From Histomonas meleagridis 2922-C6/04-290x (Eukaryota; Protista; Parabasalia), in contig JAANOX010000062.1 of NCBI GenBank assembly GCA_020184695.1, positions 74,189 through 138,188 of the forward strand: a stretch of 64,000 nt of DNA. The letters run 5' to 3'. The notes beneath the pieces were generated by a model. The model ran no database searches. It had not been told where the DNA came from and saw only the letters and a program-made list of their open reading frames with translations. Made by a program: the position numbers and the translations under genes. Shown here piece after piece: positions 62,431-64,000 of the stretch; the first letter of the stretch is position 1, and each line of letters starts with the position of its first letter.

Positions 62431-63779
62431 AACGGAGATTTATTGTGATTCTTTAATGCGAAATCATCTGTTGAATGACCATTAATGATATCAATGATGA
62501 TATCATTAAATTGTAACATTATTATTATCCTCACTTATTATTACAAATTGTTTGTATAAGTCTAACACATTATTAATATTACTGAACATTTCTATTATAT
62601 ACGCATTTTTAATAATATTCTTTTCGGTAAGTATATTATCAACTTTTATATTATTATTAATTAGTTCAAGATTTTTTATCTAACAAAGATATTACGACAT
62701 GATTCCTGCCATATGTGAAAACATAACTTTTATCATAATTGTTAATCTGTAACGTACAAATTTGTACCATTTGACAATATGTTGGATGTTTTGCTGTGAT
62801 CACTGTAAACAACACTATTCTATCTTATTTATTGACGCGAGGACTATTTTCAATTTTTTCGAACTGTGAATTTGACATTTTAATGAAATAAAAATGTTCA
62901 AAATTGAAAATCAATTTAGCACAACTGCATCCCAAATTCCTATTAAAGAATAATCTTGTGGATATGTCCCAATTTCACAGGGATAGTTCAACCCCAATCC
63001 CATCCCAATGGGAAACCCATTTTTTCAATACTTTATTTGATAAATTTCATTTTTTTCCTCTGAACCGAGACATTTTCCCCCGTTTTTACTTCTTTTCTCT
63101 GTTTCCCACCTCATTAAACTTTTTCTGAAATTAACTCGAGAACGATAAGCCCAAAAAAACCGTTATCCCATATCGTACATATTTTTCTCAAAATAACCGT
63201 TTGGGGAGACGATTAGCTTATTTTCCCAAGATTCGAATGCATTTTGTTCGTCATAGCATCCAATTTTGACAGAAAACCGTCTTGGGAGACGATAAGCCCA
63301 TCCCACTCAACGATACGGGATAATTGAATGGTATTGAAAAAATCATTATTCTCATTTAGCTTATAGAAAAAATCAAGAAAAGAGCTCATTTTGATTATAA
63401 ATAAATTTTGGATCAAATCAAACTTTATTCAATCAAATTTCAACGAAACTAAGAACGGATGTTTAATGGCATTTTTTGCCTTTAATCTTTCTTGGTGATG
63501 GTAGCGAATACATTTATCGATCAAATCTAAACCGATTATTATCATATCCTCTAATATAAAATCTGTCCACTTTTTTCCTGACTTGTTCTTTAACTTATTT
63601 TTGGCAAGTTCAATACATGGGATTATAATTTTTCATGTAGGTTTCATATTTATGGCTTCCAAGGACCTCTATGATTTTTATGCCAGCATCTCCATCACTT
63701 ATTCTTCTTACAGACGATGATAAAAAAAATGAAAAAAAATTAATTCCGTTGAAGTTATTTTTCCTATAATCATACTGTT

Positions 63780-64000
63780 TATTTTTGTTGTTAATACAGT
63801 ATCGTCATCTAAAATACTGCCGTCAAATAATATTATATCGCCAACAGAATATTTACTAGAATCATTAACGTTAAAATAATAATCTCCGTGAGAAGCAAAA
63901 TCTATAGTATCTTGATTAATACTAATATCTTGTTTTATAGTATCCCCTTTTTGAAAAACACTGTTAGCGATATGTTTATCAACACATATTCCTATAAATT
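63780..64000 (-). pseudogene. Coding relic running in from the window edge, possibly Maverick-associated
   Basis: FIGICVDK...DTIDFASHGDYYFNVNDSSKYSVGDIII followed by stops; family assignment from recollection only. Confidence 0.3.

Overview
Very AT-rich eukaryotic window, most consistent with a parabasalid (trichomonad) genome. Support: intronless genes, TCA(C/T)T initiators just upstream of ATGs, BspA-like LRR surface proteins, DUF3447/ankyrin relics, and Maverick, Merlin, hAT and MULE debris. Positions 1-36.8 kb are gene dense: DHHC-type acyltransferase, PLAC8, Cdc25-like rhodanese, TBC Rab-GAP, pseudokinase, eRF1, a head-to-head pair of ABCB half transporters, centrin, tRNA-Met, NAD kinase, TRAPPC2L, PLAA/Doa1 and an RI-type LRR protein. 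A ~9 kb HYDIN-like gene follows, then a BspA/Hydin tandem duplication and a transposon graveyard (52-64 kb). The standout is a ~4.9 kb restriction-like-endonuclease (RLE) non-LTR retrotransposon at 25403-30268. It encodes 3 C2H2 fingers, RT, a CCHC knuckle and a PD-(D/E)xK-type nuclease, ends in a (TAAA)4 tail, and is inserted in the T-loop of a tRNA-Met(CAT) gene. A 47-nt duplication flanks it and restores an intact tRNA plus terminator upstream, so it looks like a tRNA-targeting site-specific element. Many frameshifts fall in homopolymers and may be assembly errors. All protein calls come from motif recognition by eye; no searches were run.
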